Source of the DNA: an uncultured delta proteobacterium
Lineage (GTDB): Bacteria; Desulfobacterota; Binatia; Binatales; Binataceae
NCBI GenBank assembly: GCA_963808235.1
Contig: CAWEEQ010000004.1
Coordinates: forward strand, 781,084 to 845,083
Direction: 5' to 3'
Length of the DNA stretch: 64,000 nucleotides
Part shown: one piece after another, positions 62,110 to 64,000 of the stretch
How the letters are laid out: each line of letters begins with the position of its first letter
Position numbering within the stretch: the first letter of the stretch is position 1
Translations under genes and position numbers: made by a program
Notes under the pieces: generated by a model
Told to the model about the DNA's origin: nothing
The model's database searches: none
What the model saw: only the letters and a program-made list of their open reading frames with translations

Positions 62110-63513
62110 GTGAAAGTGACCCTGGTTTCGCATGCTTCGGTGATAATTGAGTCACAAGGAGTCAGAATTTGGACTGACCCGTGGCTCACGGGCAAAGTCT
62201 TCAATGAATCGTGGTCGCTGTTTCCGCCGGCGGCATTTGATCCTGCGATGCTTGATTCGATCGACTACCTGTGGATTTCGCACATTCATCCGGATCACTT
62301 CCACATTCCAAGCCTGAATTCGCTTTCCCCGCAGTTCAAACGCCGGGTCAAGGTCCTGTTCCAGGACAATCACGCCGATCAACTTTTCGAAGTGATGAAA
62401 AAGTGCGGATACCAGAACTTCCAGGCGCTGCGGCATCGCCGGATGGAGTCTCTCAGCGAGCACACGTCAGTCTACTCCTACAGCGCCGGGACCCTGGATT
62501 CCTGCCTGGGCGTGATGGAGCCGGAAGGGGGCTTGTTCAACATCAACGACTCGCGGCTGAATGCGACCGATTGTCGTCGTGTGAAGTCGGACATGGGGCG
62601 GATAGACACGGTGCTGAGCCAGTTTTCGCTGGCGGTCTATAATGGTCTTCAACCGCGCGAATCTCATCTGCGCCGCGGCGCGGCGGCGATGTTGGAAAAG
62701 ATTTTCGATAATCACGCGAACCTGGGCGCCCGGATCACGATTCCGTTCGCGAGCATGATGCGTTTTTCGCTGGTCGACAATCGTTACATGAATGCATTTG
62801 CGAACCGTCCGCGCGACGTGTGGGAACATGCCGCCGTACGAGGTCTCGGGGTGGCGATCCTGTTCCCGGGCGACACTTACAATTCATCCACCAGCTACGA
62901 TTCGACCCAGGCGCTTGAAAAATACGACGCGGTCTACGAGACCATCGACCAGTTTCCCTACGACACGCCGGCGGCGGTCCCGCTGCAGCCGATCGAAGAA
63001 GCTTTCCACGAGATGGTACGCCATTTGCGTGAAAAGTATCCCGCGCCGATACTTCGGATGCTGCGCGGGGTGGTGGTGAAGTTGCCCGACCTCGACAAGA
63101 CCGTGGCGTTTTCGATTCCGGCCGACTCCTTCAGCGAAGTCGATTCGTCAGAGTCGCCCGACATCTTGATGTGTTCGCAGGCCCTGCATTTTTGTTTCTT
63201 CCGTCCGTACGGGCTGCAGACGCTCTCGAGCTCGGCGCAGCATACCGTGGTGCGCAACCTGGCGAATTGGCGGATCCATCGCGCGCTGTTCGCGCTGAAC
63301 AATGCGCAGGCATACGGCCGACTCCGCTATCTGCTTCGCCGCGACACCATAAGTTTTTTCGCGAAAAGAATTAGAGCCATGGTCCGTTACACCGACCTCA
63401 CCCACGCCCGGCTCAGATATCCGTACAGCTATAAGCCAAAGCATCACTCCAGCATCCCAACTGAGGCGGGGCAGGTAATGGGTCCGTTGGATCGATCCGG
63501 GCATTCGGAGTGA
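62110..63513 (+). CDS. MBL-fold metallo-hydrolase with long C-terminal extension (paralog 2)
   Basis: 467 aa, GTG start; KVTLVSHASV...DPW...LWISHIHPDHFH. Colinear with 60373-61695 over the whole length (LNQFSLA / LSQFSLA, IPFAS, PDLDKTV). Confidence 0.65.
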   Translation: MKVTLVSHASVIIESQGVRIWTDPWLTGKVFNESWSLFPPAAFDPAMLDSIDYLWISHIHPDHFHIPSLNSLSPQFKRRVKVLFQDNHADQLFEVMKKCGYQNFQALRHRRMESLSEHTSVYSYSAGTLDSCLGVMEPEGGLFNINDSRLNATDCRRVKSDMGRIDTVLSQFSLAVYNGLQPRESHLRRGAAAMLEKIFDNHANLGARITIPFASMMRFSLVDNRYMNAFANRPRDVWEHAAVRGLGVAILFPGDTYNSSTSYDSTQALEKYDAVYETIDQFPYDTPAAVPLQPIEEAFHEMVRHLREKYPAPILRMLRGVVVKLPDLDKTVAFSIPADSFSEVDSSESPDILMCSQALHFCFFRPYGLQTLSSSAQHTVVRNLANWRIHRALFALNNAQAYGRLRYLLRRDTISFFAKRIRAMVRYTDLTHARLRYPYSYKPKHHSSIPTEAGQVMGPLDRSGHSE

Positions 63514-63540
63514 GAAGCCTGAGATGTGAGAGTGACTGAG

Positions 63541-64000
63541 ATGATTGAGAAGAATAGGTACATTGCGATTACCCCGGCCCGCGACGAAGAGCAATTCCTT
63601 CCCGGGCTGATCAGCAGCATGGCGGCGCAAACGCGCTTGCCGCAACGATGGATAGTCATTGACGACGGCTCGGTCGACAGGACCGCGCAAATCCTTGACG
63701 GGGCGGCGCGGCAGTACCACTGGATCGAGCCGGTGCATCTCGCGCGAAATCGTCCCCGGCAAGCCGGCGGCGAATCGGTGATCATGCAGTTCCTGCCGCG
63801 CGAAGCATGGCAGGACGTCGATTTTGTCTTCCGGCTCGACGCCGACTTGAGTTTCGAGCCGCAGTTCGTGGAGCTGATGCTCAGAGAATTCGCCGCGAAT
63901 CCGAAGCTCGGAATCGCCGGCGCTACGCTCTACGAGCCGGCCAACGACAGCTGGCGTGCGGTGCCGGAGTTTCATGCGTTCCACACTCGCGGCGCCACCA
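63541..64000 (+). CDS. glycosyltransferase family 2, 5' fragment (runs off the window)
   Basis: Not in the ORF track because it has no stop. IAITPARDEEQFLPGLISSMAAQT..PQRWIVIDDGSVDRT...FRLDADL (GT-A DxD). GTG 63526 and GTG 63532 are alternative starts. Confidence 0.75.
   Translation, partial: MIEKNRYIAITPARDEEQFLPGLISSMAAQTRLPQRWIVIDDGSVDRTAQILDGAARQYHWIEPVHLARNRPRQAGGESVIMQFLPREAWQDVDFVFRLDADLSFEPQFVELMLREFAANPKLGIAGATLYEPANDSWRAVPEFHAFHTRGAT

Overview
GC-rich (about 60% by eye) chromosomal segment from a diderm bacterium; TolC, Wza-like and lipoprotein genes are present. No rRNA, CRISPR array, transposase or integrase was seen. Layout: (1) 1-23 kb is mostly ordinary metabolic and stress genes: PhoR-like kinase 3' end, tRNA-Arg(ACG), PPK2, MFS, a reverse-order RelE/Phd pair, HSL-type esterase, a 1145-aa zinc-ribbon/cyclase/STAND/TPR protein, EthD+LLM oxidoreductases, a Kef-type antiporter, an ABC-2 exporter, IlvD, and a GFA/VOC/TetR detox cluster. 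(2) 23-31 kb holds tRNA-Arg(CCT) and an RND-MFP-TolC efflux operon bracketed by two inverted Usp paralogs. (3) 31-32.5 kb holds three small excisionase-type HTH genes and a 360-bp AT-rich leader. (4) 32.5-49.7 kb is a roughly 17-kb, almost entirely co-directional exopolysaccharide locus. It encodes a Wza-like exporter, a chain-length determinant, an ExeA-like ATPase fused to LysM, a degenerate BY-kinase-like protein, WbpB/D/E-like diacetamido-sugar enzymes, a priming transferase, a flippase, GT4, a Wzy/ligase-like protein, a deacetylase, a FemAB-like GNAT and a methyltransferase. (5) 49.8-53.4 kb holds a Crp-family regulator, a membrane protein/wHTH pair, and UppS coupled to a ferritin-like protein. 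(6) 53.8-60.3 kb holds three secreted mosaic proteins that shuffle beta-helix, Ig-like, Thr/Pro-linker and Cys-rich modules. (7) 60.4-64 kb holds a divergent pair of long MBL-fold paralogs and the start of a GT2 gene. The most interesting signals are the mosaic secreted-protein family (a near-identical conversion tract, an intragenic low-GC patch, a conserved 5'-UTR hairpin with compensatory changes), the PEP-CTERM-style EPS locus that has no exosortase in view and carries a pseudo-kinase with 7 x 15-bp repeats, and two HTH paralogs with identical protein cores but near-saturated synonymous divergence. All family assignments come from reading the translations. No database search was run.
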